Source: a virus
Lineage: Duplodnaviria > Heunggongvirae > Uroviricota > Caudoviricetes
IMG/VR virus record: IMGVR_UViG_3300012016_000001
Coordinates: 130,530 to 194,529 of that record
Strand: one strand, 5' to 3'
DNA length: 64,000 bases
The notes below the pieces were generated by a model. That model was not told where the DNA came from. It saw only the letters and a program-made list of their open reading frames with translations, and did not search any database. The position numbers and the translations under genes were made by a program. Shown here in pieces: positions 1-13,071 of this stretch (its first letter is position 1; each line of letters opens with the position of its first letter).

Positions 1-1848
1 TATTTTAATAAACCAATGAGTAGGATTATCTTCAATATCTCCTTCTCCAATATATCTTTCAGCAACTATATCTATAGAAGTAAGGTCTCCCTTTGTAATA
101 TTAAGAGTGGTCTCCTATCTATTTACTACAACTTTTACTTTTCCAGCAGTTATTTCAATTCCTGCAACTATCTAATCATTTATATACTTACCTAGACTCA
201 TTACTACTGATGTATCATCAATATTAGCATCAGTTCTAAAAGTAGTAGAAATAGTGAAACCATTACCATTTAATAAGTTCACTTCATTACTTTGTGAACT
301 AAATAAGTTGAGTTCAAGTAAAGCATATGATTTACCTGTAAGGTGAACTCCTTGTGTGGAAAATCCATTACGTAAACCATTTACGTTATAACCAACTAAG
401 TCTATATATCTCTGTTGGACAATACCCTATCTATTATATGGGAATTGTGTATTTTGATTGTCATATCTCCAAGTAGATATATTACCAGTTGGTACACCCA
501 TTACAGGAGAATAATAACATATGAGGCTTCTATCGAAATTTGTAGCTGTAATATATTTTTCTATTGCCCTACTAAGAGTAAAGTAAATAACTTTAGTATC
601 TGTAATAGATGGATTATCAATAGATACCGCTATTAATGTTACCTTGATAAACTTATATTCATTGTTTTCAGTATCATAAATTGTATCATTTGGAAGAGAA
701 GCTGTACTAAAAGAAAATACTGATATAATTCCTTTATTTATACGAGTAACTTCTCCTTCTATAGCCTAATCCGTTCTAGTCACAAGTACTCCATCTTCAA
801 AATAACAAGGAGCCACACTATATTGTATATTATATATAGGATAATTGTTTTTTGAAAAGGACAATGCATACTCAAATTGAACACTCTGTCCATATACAAA
901 CTAATTAAGTATTGCAAGATCTCCTATCTAAGAAGGAGCACTTTTATTTACTCCGTATGTAAGTATATAAAGAGTATTAGGTTGTATTATAGCAGTATTA
1001 AATGTAATTGTATTTGATTTAAGTACATTATCATTAAGTACTCCCTATGCATATACATTAAATGTGTAGGTTTCCCCTATATTTATCTATGCCTATTCCA
1101 TTAGAAACGAAGCCACTAAAGGAATAGTAAAATCTTGTGTAAGAGAACTAGTTTTTTCTATATCAAATTCTGTAAGTGTATGATAATCTACATTATTAGT
1201 AGTATAGGTAACTACCACTTTTAGGTTACTATCTGTACTATTAGTTACTTGAAATACAGGAGCGTTAACTACTGATGTAGGAAATATTTCAGTTGGAGTT
1301 ACTCTAGTACGAGAAAGTTTAATAGCTCCAGCTACTACGGTTAAAATAAAATCACTTGCATAATATAATCCTGTATGTGCTGATATTTTGAGTACCTATG
1401 TACTTTCACTAAGTCCATTTATCGTAATTTCAGTACGAGTAAGGCCAGTTACAACGGGAGAAGCTAATCTTTCACCAGTCTAAGCATTACTTACTTCTAC
1501 CTAGAATATTTTACGTAAACTACCACCATTAATAGTAATGTGTATAGTTACAGAAGTTCCAGCTGTATATACTCTATTACCTTCTTCAACAGAGATGGTG
1601 TATTCAGTAGTGTCTACTCCACCACCTCCACCTCCGCCGCCTCCACCTTTGGCGCCGTTTTGGTATATCCATGCTAGATTTCTTTCAAGTTTGTTCATTC
1701 TATTATCTAGCTTAGTAAAACCCTAATCTACTGATATTGAGTCACCATTCTCGTCTAAAAAGCCGGGATTGGTGAGCTCAATATTAGCAGCATTAGAAGC
1801 TCCGTCAATAACCCACTATTGACCGTTCCAATGTTTTATTTTACTCAT
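1..1848 (-). CDS. Large virion/tail-associated protein, N-terminal part (runs off the left edge; TAG=Gln)
   Basis: ATG at 1848 (MSKIKHWNGQQWVIDGASNAANIELTNPGF...). In frame with ORF 1501-1698, which contains a poly-Gly linker. Beta-rich composition; the frame is broken by TAG. Confidence 0.65.
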
Positions 1849-4800
1849 AAGATTGTTCTATAATTATATTATCATTTATAGTACCTAAGCCTATTGCTCC
1901 AGAACCATTACCTCCAACCTTTTCTAAGTCAGAAGCACTGTAGGGTTTGTTATAAGTATAAACCCATCCAGATGCATCATTTATACTAAGATTATTAGGC
2001 TTAACCTTATATACTCTTCCAAGTATTCTATCTCTTGCTTCCGTAGACGATGTTGGGTCTGTTACTTCTGTTCCTTTTCCCACTCTCCATAATATATAAT
2101 GTGGAAAGTTCTAACCACCATTCTTTGAATCAGCTTTAAATCTATCACTTGTTGTATTTTTAGCAGGATAGTAATTACATAACCAAGGTACATTCTCATG
2201 TGGAAGTTCCTTATTAGAAGTAGTTTTATACCCAGAAGCTTGTAAAGTTACATATCTTACATAGTTAAGTTCTTGTCCATTTCCATCTTCAAGATTTCCC
2301 CACTACATTAAATGTGTTTTCTAACCACCAAGATTCTCATACCATGCAGGTACTGTATCTTCAGTTTTTTCTGGATCATAAACAAATGGTTTCATTCTAT
2401 TGTCAGGGTTATCCCTCATAGGACGTGAGCAAGTATAAGTATGTTTATGCCCTCCTATACAAACTCTAAACCAATTATCTTCTAAGAACTTACTAAACCA
2501 GTAGCCTCCTACAGAATTAAGATGTGAACCTCCTCTACTATAACTTAAAATTTCATTATAGTTTTCGTCTAGATAGTTCCACTTGCCTGCAGCTGTTCCA
2601 TATATCTATGCTTTAGTAAGTAAAGTAAATGGATTATCATGTGTAAATGCTACTTTCCATTTAATATTTTCATCTAGATGAGTTAATTCATTATCACACC
2701 ATGTTTTTACACAGGCGTATATTCCTTTAGGACCGTTATCTTCCTCTTGATAATCGGCATCCACATTAAATAATTTTACCTAAGAGTCTTTGGTAAATTC
2801 TGAATTCATACCTAAGAAATAAGTATCTCCATATATAAAGGAGAATACTGATGGTATATATTTTCCAAATGGAGTTTGAGGTATTCCAAAAGGATGCTCG
2901 TATGTAAAAAAGAAATTAATATTTTCTGGATTAACTTTATTTATATCTTCTCCTGTGCCAAGAACTTTAGAATCTGCAGAACATAGGTCATTGTTTCCAA
3001 TTACAAACATTTGTTCTTTATCTCTATAAAACTCAGAAGAATATCTATAGTAAGCAAGCCATTCATTCATTCTATTACCATTTTGAGTTTGGTCTCCAGT
3101 GTTCATAACGAAATCATAATTCTTGTCAGGATCGTTATCTGCATCGTTCTTTATAAATTCAGAAACAATTCCCCAGGTTTTATATTCTTCATCATGAAAT
3201 CCTTGCTAATCTGTAACTTGTACCCACTAGAAACCATTTTGTAATACACTAGCTCTACTTCTTAAAGTAAAGGAATGGGTGGAACTCCAATGACCTTCAC
3301 GTCCTACTCTAAAGTAGTAGCGTTGTGAGGATACTCCAGTTGGTAAAGTAAAGTCCATAATAAATTTATGAACAGTGTAAGCCACACCGTTAGTAGCCAC
3401 ATTACGAATACGATTATATATAGGGGAATCCCAATAACGACCTTTAGAATTACGGCCATCACCTTCTTTAAAAGATTCATAAATTTCTGCATTTTGTTCA
3501 TTATCTGTCCAAATTTTTATAAATTCATCATAATAATCTTTTGAAATCCAATTAAAGCATCTTGTTTTATGTGCATCATATCCAAAAGTACAAGTAACAA
3601 CATTAGGACCTTCTACTAATTCAGCCTTATTAAAGAAAATATTTTTTCCTTGTTTACTATTTTTAGGAACATATTGTTGTATATTAACTTCACTATTAAT
3701 TTTAGCTAAATCAAAATAAGTCCATTGTGTGTTATCATTATTATTTAATTTGTTTGGAGCTTTAAGAGCCTATTTAACTGGATCCATATTATAGTAACGG
3801 AAAATTAAACAATTCTAAGGAAGCATTCCTCCTTTAATATTACTAAAAGGAGTTCCACAAGCAATTGCACCTTCTCCTATTCCAAGTAAATCTATATAAT
3901 ATTTAGCAACATTGCCTTGAGCATTCCATAAGCTATTCTTTTCTAAAGGAGCATTATCAAATGGAGTAGATAAACTTAAAGCATAATCTTGCTGAGTAGT
4001 TTCTTCAAATCCTCCACTTAGATATATAGAACAATTATAGGCTAACTTTAAGTATCCTTCACTATCCCAAACAGAATGTTGATAGTTATCTTCATCTATT
4101 TCAAGAACTAAAGGATTTTTAGTATCTTCTCTTGTCCAGCACATATCAGGTTCTCCTAACTTAATAATAGTTGTATTTGTATCATATACAGCACACTGTG
4201 CACCTCTTACTAAGAAAGTTCCTCCTGCTGGAATAATTCCAGTTAATGGTAAAGTAATCCATTGTCTAGGAGTTGCTGAACCTTCAGTATAGTGTAGGTA
4301 CAATCCATTTAAATTAAGAGGTTGTGTAGATATATTACATAATTCTATAAAGTTATGGGATATAGGATTATAACTATATTTATCAGAATCGCCTCCACAA
4401 TATACCATATTTATATAGACTAATGGACTTTCTACAGATGACTTATCACTTAATGGATAGTACATAGGGTAATAACTACCATCACTTTGTACAGCTTGCT
4501 ATGTATTAAGGACTGAAACATTTTTATCTATTAATTTTAATTCTCCATTCTTTACACGTAGCATATAAAGATTAGATGTATTTGCCATATCTGCAAACTC
4601 TATACCTACAATACGTTGTTTGCTGGCAATAGTTTGTTGAATAATTCCATCCATAATGTCTTGTGTTTCTGGTTCTTCTTCACCACCTCCGGTAGCTCCG
4701 ATTTTAATAAGTTTATATGTTTTAGGATCTTTAATCCATAATGTTTGAGTATCATAACACCAAAGTAATTCTCTTTCAGCAAAATCATCTTCATGAGCTT

Positions 4801-5566
4801 TCATATAAGCCTAAGTTCCACTCTTTACTTTAATTACTTTAGTATTAGGTGAATAGTTTAAATCATCAGGTTCTGGACTATCCTCTAATTCAACCTATCC
4901 ATTGTCATATTGTGTTTGATTATCTTCTTCTTCTGAGGTACCATAGTGAGGTTCTTCTGCCTCATTATGATTCTGAGATGTAGTCATATTATTTGTAAAG
5001 TCTCCTGGATCTATCTCAGTCCTCATATATTCTAGTTTTGCTACTTTTTGCTATAGTATGTTAATTACTTTTAGCATTTCCTATATAACATCAGTACTTC
5101 TAGTAAAACCTTTTTCAGAAGTATCTATCCATATACCACCTTTGTCATCAGGTTCTGTATCCTATATATAGATTTTTCGGAAAGACTCCCAGTATTGTCC
5201 ATTCCAAAAACGTAAATCATCAATATCATTTACATAGACAATTTGTCCACGTATCTAAAGTCCAGTCTTAGTAGCTAACTCTTCAAGATTTTCTACTGTT
5301 ACTAGACTTATTCCTCCTCCTGAGCCTCCTTGACCTTCCCATATTTCCCATTGTCCCCTATAAATATACATATGCATATCGTCTGGAACTTCTTTTACAT
5401 AACAAAGCATTCCATATTTTAGCTTATTTGTAGTCAAGAGGTCTTGCATTTCACTTAAAGAAGTTACTTGTATATATCCTCCACGTAAATCATTAACATC
5501 AGCAATAGCAAATTTCTGACCATTTTTTGGTTTTAACTCACTTATAATTTCTAAATAACCATTCAT
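1841..5566 (-). CDS. ~1241-aa protein with a lamin-tail-like domain and a calcineurin-like metallophosphoesterase (purple acid phosphatase-like) domain (TAG=Gln)
   Basis: ORF fragments 5255-5596, 4499-4804, 3815-4465, 2780-3106 and 1841-2083 share one frame. LTD-like motif NFIELCNISTQPLNLNGLYLHY. Phosphoesterase motifs VTD-Q-QG, NTGDQTQNG, IGNNDL, HDNPF, GGHKHTY. Confidence 0.75.
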
Positions 5567-5573
5567 AAAATAT

Positions 5574-5603
5574 AAAAGGGAGATGCTGAATAGCACCTCC
5601 CTT
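5574..5603 (-). terminator. Probable intrinsic terminator hairpin
   Basis: aagggag-atgct-gaat-agca-c-ctccctt inverted repeat flanked by A/T runs, between two genes. Confidence 0.5.
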
Positions 5604-5610
5604 AATTTTT

Positions 5611-6066
5611 TTAAGCTTCGTCTTCAACGAAAAGACTATATATTGCTTCCAAGAAGTCGGGTGCAGAAAGTTTCTGTCCATTAATTTCAACGTCGTTATC
5701 GGCATTGACCTCTAGGATTTGAGCATATTCATCTTCTGTAAGAGTAGCAACTACATCAACTTGGTCTTTACCTCTTTCAATTACAAATGCTTGATAATCC
5801 TCATTTAGCTTCTTGTTCATTTCCTGGAATTTAGCTTCCTCTTCTTCTGTACGTTCAGTTTTCTGAGCAAGTTCTGGGAAACCTTCAGGAGTTAAATCTT
5901 TAATTGCTTCTTGGACATCGTTGTCAAAATCTTTTCTTACCTTACCTAATTTAATTCTCATGTTCATTACCTTAACCTTTAATTCTTTGGATAAGGACTC
6001 ATTACCACTCTTTAGCAAGATTCTAGTAATAAAATTTTGTTTTACTAAAGCTTCATTTGTTGTCAT
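5611..6066 (-). CDS. Hypothetical acidic helical protein (possible tail-fibre/assembly chaperone)
   Basis: Uninterrupted 151-aa ORF with no internal TAG. Function is inferred from position only. Confidence 0.7.
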   Translation of the reverse strand: MTTNEALVKQNFITRILLKSGNESLSKELKVKVMNMRIKLGKVRKDFDNDVQEAIKDLTPEGFPELAQKTERTEEEEAKFQEMNKKLNEDYQAFVIERGKDQVDVVATLTEDEYAQILEVNADNDVEINGQKLSAPDFLEAIYSLFVEDEA

Positions 6067-6343
6067 TGATTAATTCTGTATTTATAGCGTTAATAGTTTT
6101 ATCTAATAGGGCTTCAGCCTCTACTCTAAATACTTTTGGAAGTGCTCCTAAGTTCTTATCTGTAAGTCCATTCTCAGATTCGTTATAACTAAAATTACCG
6201 AGAAATGCTTGTTCTGTACCTTCAAAAGACCCATAGAAATTTAGAGAGTTATTCTATGAATCAATAACTAGTTCTCCTTTAAGAACCATGTTTTGCCCAG
6301 TTTCCTCAACTGAATACGAAGTACGTTTATTTGATAAAGTCAT
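6053..6343 (-). CDS. Hypothetical protein (~96 aa; TAG=Gln)
   Basis: ATG at 6343 (MTLSNKRTSYSVEETGQNMVLKGELVIDS-Q-NNSL...), TGA at 6053. Confidence 0.6.
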
Positions 6344-6461
6344 AATTCCTCTTAAATTGCATTACTGATTAAAAATAATACATATATTTAATTATTACAA
6401 GAAATCAGTAAAAATTATTGATTATTAACTAAATTTTAAAGAAAAAGAAAGACTTAATTTC

Positions 6462-9400
6462 TTAAGCCTTTTCTTTCTCTAATTTATTTAATTTATCTTC
6501 TAAGTCCTTTATTTTGTTATATAAGAAACTACAAAGTGCGGATAAAGCAGTCTTATAATTAACTGTTTTTCTTCCATCTTCATTAGTACCAACAGCTTGC
6601 GGACACCATTCTTCTAATTCTTGTGCTATAAAACCTATATTATCTTTTCCAGTACCATCTTTCCAATCAAACTATTTAATAGGATTATCCTTTATAAAGG
6701 TAGAGTAATCTTTAATATTAGTTTTTAGATTTCTATCAGAAGAGTAGAATACACCAGAATTGTTTACATAGAAATTAGTGTTATAGTGTACCGTAGATAT
6801 ATTTCCTCCATTAGTTGGATCAGTATAGAAGAGTATTTTCTATGTAGTTTGAGAATTAAATGATGTTGAAGTAGTAGTTATAGAACCTCCCCCAATTGAG
6901 CTTAACGCAGCAGTTCCTCCTCCTGCTAAAAGTACGTGAGTATCATTTTTTCCTGTAACTTTGAATCCTGTAGATTGTACATAACTTGGGAATACTCCAG
7001 TCATATCTAAGTTTACAGTATATAGATGATTATTAACAGCTATGTTGGAAGGAGCTGTATACGGTTTATCACCAATAAGTCCGAGTCCACCAATTCTTGG
7101 TATTTCTTTAGTATATGAGGAGTTTATACTGCTTATATAACTTCTTATTCTTATTTTCCTAACACGTGAAGTCTATCCTGTATAACCTCCTATAATGAAT
7201 GGATTTATCCAGTATATATTAGGACCAGCCCATCCTTTTAATTGACTGTTAACAATATTAGTCCATGTAGAAGCATTACATGCTTGAGTATCAATAGTAA
7301 GAGTACAAACATGTCCACAGTTAGCCCCAAAAACATAGATAGCTCTTATTGTTCCGTATATTAAAGAATTGGCATTAGAAAAGTCTCCAACATCTATTAT
7401 AATCTACAGTCCGTCATATAAAGCAACAGTTGTAGTAGAACTAGGAGTTTTGTTTGCAAAGCGGAAAGAATAATCCCACATAGTCATCTATTTTTTCTAA
7501 TCATCAGTTCCTAAACTTGTACTACTGTATGTAGTTGAATCAGAACCACTTCCTGGATTTATAGTTATATTTGCTCCGGGAAGTCCATATAAACGATTTC
7601 CAGGATAGAAATTAGTAGTAGTAAATAGGTCTGATTTATCAAGTAAATAGTTTCCTGTCATAGATGCAGGATCACCATCTAATAATCTAACCCAAGGTTT
7701 CCAAACACTAGACGTTTTACTACGTACATATAGTGCAGCAGTATCAGTCATAGGAATAGCTAATTCAGTTGCCTAAGTGTTACTAAAACCAACAGTAGTA
7801 TAGACGTGATAAGAATTGTTAGTTGGTAAATTATAAGCTGTTCCTGCAGTATGTTCTCTTACTCTAAATCTATTTAAACTAGGAACGTTATCCACAGATT
7901 CTGTAACTCTTGGAACATAAAGTTCAGCAATAAATGATCCTGGATCTTGCCACTCTGGAGTCGAAGTAGAACCTACAGATTTTAGTACTTGTCCAGATGT
8001 TCCTCCGCTAGTTGGAGCATACCAAGAACCTAGTGATGTACCATAAGGGTCTCCATGTTCAGTATTATTTAAAGTAGTTTTATAAAACGAACCGCTTTGT
8101 ATACTTATTTCAGAGTTTTCCCATCCTGCAAAATTTCCATCGCTATCAAAAATTGGAAATGTAACTACATCTCCACTCACTGTAACAGCCTAATAAGAAG
8201 AAATAGTATTAAGAGTCGAAGCTATACTATTAGTAAATGTTATGACTCCTCCTGTTGAAGAAGATATAGACATCCCAGTGCCAGCTTTAAACTGAATACT
8301 TCTATTTACAGTTGAACCTTCTACTAAATTATAGTAAGGGTCAGACTGAGCAGCAGTAATTTGTGTTTTTCCCGTAGAACTACTAGATACATAAGCTGCC
8401 GTACTTACATTAGATGTAGGTTTAGCTACCCAGTTCAGACCATTACCACTTGCATTTGTAGCTAATATATAGTTAGCTGTTCCATATCCAGTGGGAGCTA
8501 GTATTGTAGGTAAACTTGTCGATGATGTATAAACATTATAAGCAGTTCCATTTACTGTAAGTGCCTTTGTAGATGGAGCATCAGATATTTTACTCATTGT
8601 TAGAGTTGGAATATCTGCTGCAACTAATGCCCTAAATGAAGCAGCACCGTTACTTCCATTTGGAGCCGCAAGTACGGTATTCTTAGTTCTACTAATTGTA
8701 GCATCATATACTCTACTAGAAAAATTAGTTAAATTCTGAATTTCATGATTATGTCCAGAAGTAGCAAAAGCACTAGCATGATTTCCATCCAATAAGTCTG
8801 CATTTAAATTTGTTACAACCTCATTACTAGATATAACGAATGGAGCAGTTCCTGAAGGTGCTGGTACTGTTAATTGTCCATTAGCTACGTTATAGTTCAT
8901 TGTATACTAGCCATACCAAGTAGTGGCGGGTTTAATAACTTTAAAACCAGTCCAAATATTTGAATCATTAGAACTAGACCTAGGAGTAACAACATACATT
9001 CCTATTGAAGTTTGTCCATCGGTACTTGCATCATATTCTATCCATCCACTAGTAATACTATGAGCATCTACAAAGGGATAAGCTGCAACTTGTCTTGTAC
9101 TAGGAGCTATACCTCTAGTGTAATCAACCAATTTACGCTTTAGATTTCCAGTCATTAAGTCTCCACTAATATTAACATAATCACTATCATGGTTATGTCC
9201 TGACGCTGCAAATCCTGAAATAGTATGTGTGTGAGTACCATAACCTGTAACATGCCCTGCTGCATTTACTGTTACATAGGGAATAGACAATGAAGAGCCG
9301 CTTGTTGCACTAGAAGTACCAGCTGTACCAGCTGTTATACCAGAACTTGTGTGGTCTACCTTAGCAGTAATATTTACACCTCCTATAGTTGCTATAGTTG

Positions 9401-10727
9401 TATTTGATGTTCCTAAAGCGCTTGTTGTACTATCTGTAACAGAAGATGAAGTTAAGTAAGTGGAACTATCAACACTTCCATCAGCTTTAAGAAATTGTGC
9501 TGAAGTTCCTCCAGATTTTATAATAGAGGCAGCTGTTATATTCTTTGAAAATGCTATATTTCCATCCTATTTCACTGTCATTGCTGCTACTTGTGTACCA
9601 GTTTGATTATCAGAGTATAAAACAAGGTCATTATTATTATAATCACCAGTACCTAAATATTTAAGCCCAAATCCATATACTTTAGATGTATCTGTTGCAA
9701 CTCCAGTTCCCTAGTCTTTAATTCTCCACAACCATACATCTTGATTATTAGATTCTAAACTTAACATCGGAGAGTTAGAAGCCTCATTATATACTCGTAT
9801 TATACCTCCAGATACATTAATATTAGCTGGAAAAGTAGCATTCTAAGAAGAATCATATGAATATAAGTGCCCAGTTTTAGCCATATTAGATGGTGTAGTC
9901 CAACCTATTCCTCCAAATCCGAATATTTTATTAACTGCTAATCCTGCTGCACTTGCATAATTACTATCATGTCCTGTACATCCGAAAATGAATTGCCATT
10001 CTCCATATTGAGAATTCTTATTATTACCATAAGTTCTAGTATTAGCTACATTAATTACATTATATCCGCCCCATCCTGAAATTGGAGTATGATCAGCTAG
10101 TGTAACCCATGTATCTACCTCATTTTCATAATTTGACTATGTTCTACATCTTATAGTGCAATAAGTACCTATAGAACCCTAAGTACTTACATATATAACA
10201 AACTTATTAAGAACTGTATATACATGTCCAACCTTTGTTCTCATCGTTACACGTAACATATTGTTTGCTGAAGTTGCGGCATCTTTACCTATTATAAAAT
10301 TTGCACCACTAGAAAATAGACCAACTTTCTATGAAGCTGTTGCACCGTAGTCAATCCAAGTAGCACCAGCATCTATAGAATATTCTACTACTATACCTGC
10401 AACATCTAAAAACATAGTTCTACAAGCACCTAATTCAGATACCATTGCAGCATCTATAGGTCCATAGTCTCCAGAAAAGTTTTTACCGCCCCATAATAGA
10501 TAGGCTTCATGTAATGAATAAGAATCAAGACTAGACTAAAGAGCCAAGCTACCAAATGTTACTAAGTTTATTGCACTACCTCCTACAGGAGTATACTTTA
10601 TCTTTCTACTTGTTGCATCCCAGGAGATGGAGCCTATAAAATCAGACAAGGGTTTATCTCCACCTCCTGAGAGCAATACATTAGTATCAGTTAATGTTCT
10701 TTTAGCATAACCCAAACTAGTATTCAT
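6462..10727 (-). CDS. Tail fibre/spike (~1421 aa) with C-terminal peptidase S74 intramolecular chaperone (TAG=Gln)
   Basis: Fragments 10536-10727, 8907-9290, 8190-8900, 7773-8180 and 7497-7751 are in one frame. Fibre motifs NLNADLLDGNHASAFA and GHNHD. C-terminal SDRNLKTNIK...IGFIAQELEE followed by a coiled coil is typical of S74. Confidence 0.8.
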
Positions 10728-11611
10728 ATAATTCTCTTGTATTTAATAGTTAAAGTATAATTAGTTGCAGAAGCATCCGTTGAGGCTAATTGCAACTTAC
10801 CTTGATTTATTGCTGCATATATACGCTTTGTATCAGCAGTAGTTGTAGCTGTAGTAGCCCAATGTAGAGGAATTTCCTCTAGTTTTTCTTTTGCTCCTCC
10901 TTCTACTGCAAATATACCTGCATAAGAGCCATTTGTACTATCATCTATATAAAGAGCATAAGTTCCTGCCTATGTTGGTAAAGCGGTAGATACAGGAGTC
11001 CATGTGGATTTAGATAATCCATAAGTTTCTGCTGCTATAGGAGTTGTAAGATAGTTTTCTACAGTAGTCCAAGCAGGAATTCCTGAAGAACCCCACCCTA
11101 AGAATTGTCCAGATGAACCATTAGCTAAAAATGCTGTATTATTGGCAGCACTCTAATATAGTAAATTACCTTTTGCTCCTCCTTTTACATCTACTGCATA
11201 TGTAGCATCTCCTCCAACAGCGCTAGATACAGCATATTTTGTAGTACTAGGTAAATAGGTTGTTGTATCAAATGATATACTAAATGCTCCTGCAGAAGTG
11301 TAAGTACATTTAATGAAGTTACTAGTACCATTAGCAGTTGGAGCAGCTACAGCTGTAGTATTAGCAGCACTATTATATAGGACTCCTACTCCTTTACTTA
11401 TATTAACTGCTAATCCAGTTACTTCGTCTTTACTCATAAATATATCTCCTAATCCATTTAAAAATTTATCTAGTCCGTATGAAGTTCCTGAAACAGGATT
11501 AGTTATCTTTGTAGCATCACTTGGATTATAAGTGTAATGTACAGCACTGGCATCAGTAATAGGCCATATATCTGTACTATCATTCCATTGAAGTTGTTTT
11601 CTTACTGCCAT
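10724..11611 (-). CDS. Tail fibre-associated protein (~295 aa; TAG=Gln)
   Basis: ORF 11153-11611 extends through TAG to TGA at 10724. C-terminal domain (EIPLH...RIYAAI...TIKYKRII) is shared with genes at 20592 and 21215. Confidence 0.7.
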
Positions 11612-12803
11612 AGTATATTGTAATATGATTTGGTAACCTTATTCTAAAAATATATCTTAAAATCTATTTACATCTAATAAAACTAACGTATGGCTAATTT
11701 TTGTATAAATAGTGTATCTCTAAGTATCTTTTATGTATTATGTATTCTATAATATAAATACTACAATTATAAGGAAATTTTCTTAGATATCCATCCCAAT
11801 TAGACATTTTAAATAAAGAATTTTCCTATATCTTATTCATTAAATTTTTAGAATTACAATATTTCAACCAACCTTTATATGAAGTTAGTCTATTATATAA
11901 ATAATCTAAATATAAATTATCATTTTTATTAAAGTTAGATAAAACTTTAAATATTTTATTTTTTATAGATTTTCTTACTAATATGTACTAATGTCTAAAT
12001 ACATACCCAACAAAGTCTATACCTCTATCTTCTATAGGAAATATTTGATAGTTAGATTTTATCTATAGTTTTAACACTATAGAAAGATATAGTTTTATAC
12101 TTACCAAAACGTTGTGTAAAAAGTCTTTATTATCATGTAATATAACTATATCATCTGCATATCTATAGTAAAACTTACATTTTAGTTCTTCCTTAATCCA
12201 ATGATCAAAATAAGCTAAGTATAAATTAGCAAAGAACTAAGATAGGTAATTACCTATTGGTACTCCATAAGCAGAATCTATTATTTCATACAATGTAGAT
12301 AATAAATATTTATCCTTTATTTTCTTCTATATTATATCCTTTAAAATCTAATGATCTAAAGAAGGATAAAACTTTCTTATATCGAGCTTTAAACAATAAA
12401 CTGTTTTATCTGGATATTTAGCTAAATCCTTCTTTAAATCTTTTAGAAGCTTATGTATACCTCTTCCTTTTATACAGGAATAAGTATTTTTTATAAAAAT
12501 TTTCTTCCATATAGGCTCTAGTATGTTCATAAGAGCATGATGAACTATTCTATCAGGATAATATGGTAACTTAAAGATTATACGCTCCTTTGGTTCATAT
12601 ATTTTAAATGTTTCATACTATGAAGTTTTATACTAACACTTACTCAAATCCTTCTATATCTACAATATATGTTCATCCTTTTGTAAATCATGTTGCTTTA
12701 CACTTTTTCTTCTACTCTTATTCTTCCTAGCATTTATATCAGCCTTTAATATATTCTACTAAGAACACACTAAACTATGTAAATTATTTACTCTAGTAGG
12801 CAT
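11580..12803 (-). CDS. DGR reverse transcriptase (~407 aa; about 14 in-frame TAG=Gln)
   Basis: MPTRVNNLHSLVCSQQNILKADINARKNK; KERIIFKLPYYPDRIVHHALMN; YSCIKGRGIH; LKLDIRKFYPSLDH; GVPIGNYLS-Q(TAG)-FFANLYL; YYRYADD; GIDFVGY. Lies next to a TR/VR pair. Confidence 0.95.
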
Positions 12804-12936
12804 TTAATTTTAACATTAACGAGTGGTCACAATACGTTACTGACACGTCTCCCTCCTTGGGAACAAATTCTTAACTACGATATCTTTAACCAAGTGGTTA
12901 GGTAATATAAAACAAAAATAAAAAAAAAAATTAAGC

Positions 12937-13040
12937 GACGGAAGCTGACATTCGAATTCGTAGTACTAACTCCATTATTAGAATTCAAGTAACTAAGACT
13001 AGCTTTGCTACCATTATTGACGTTACTGCCTACTATGAGC
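12937..13040 (-). repeat. DGR template repeat (TR), 104 bp
   Basis: Ungapped alignment to 13089-13192 has 20 mismatches, all at TR adenines on the minus strand. Non-coding; rich in AAT/AAC/AGT codons in the target frame. Confidence 0.95.
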
Positions 13041-13071
13041 TTTTCCTTATTTTATATTACCTTTATAATCT

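Noticed and set aside
1618-1650. ccacct/ccgccg microsatellite and the plus-strand poly-Pro ORF 1538-1726
   Set aside because: It is the antisense of a poly-Gly linker in the minus-strand structural gene.
11580-12803. RT as a group II intron, retron or Abi RT
   Set aside because: The SQ motif, the size, the absence of a recognisable maturase/endonuclease domain and the adjacent adenine-specific TR/VR pair identify a DGR RT.
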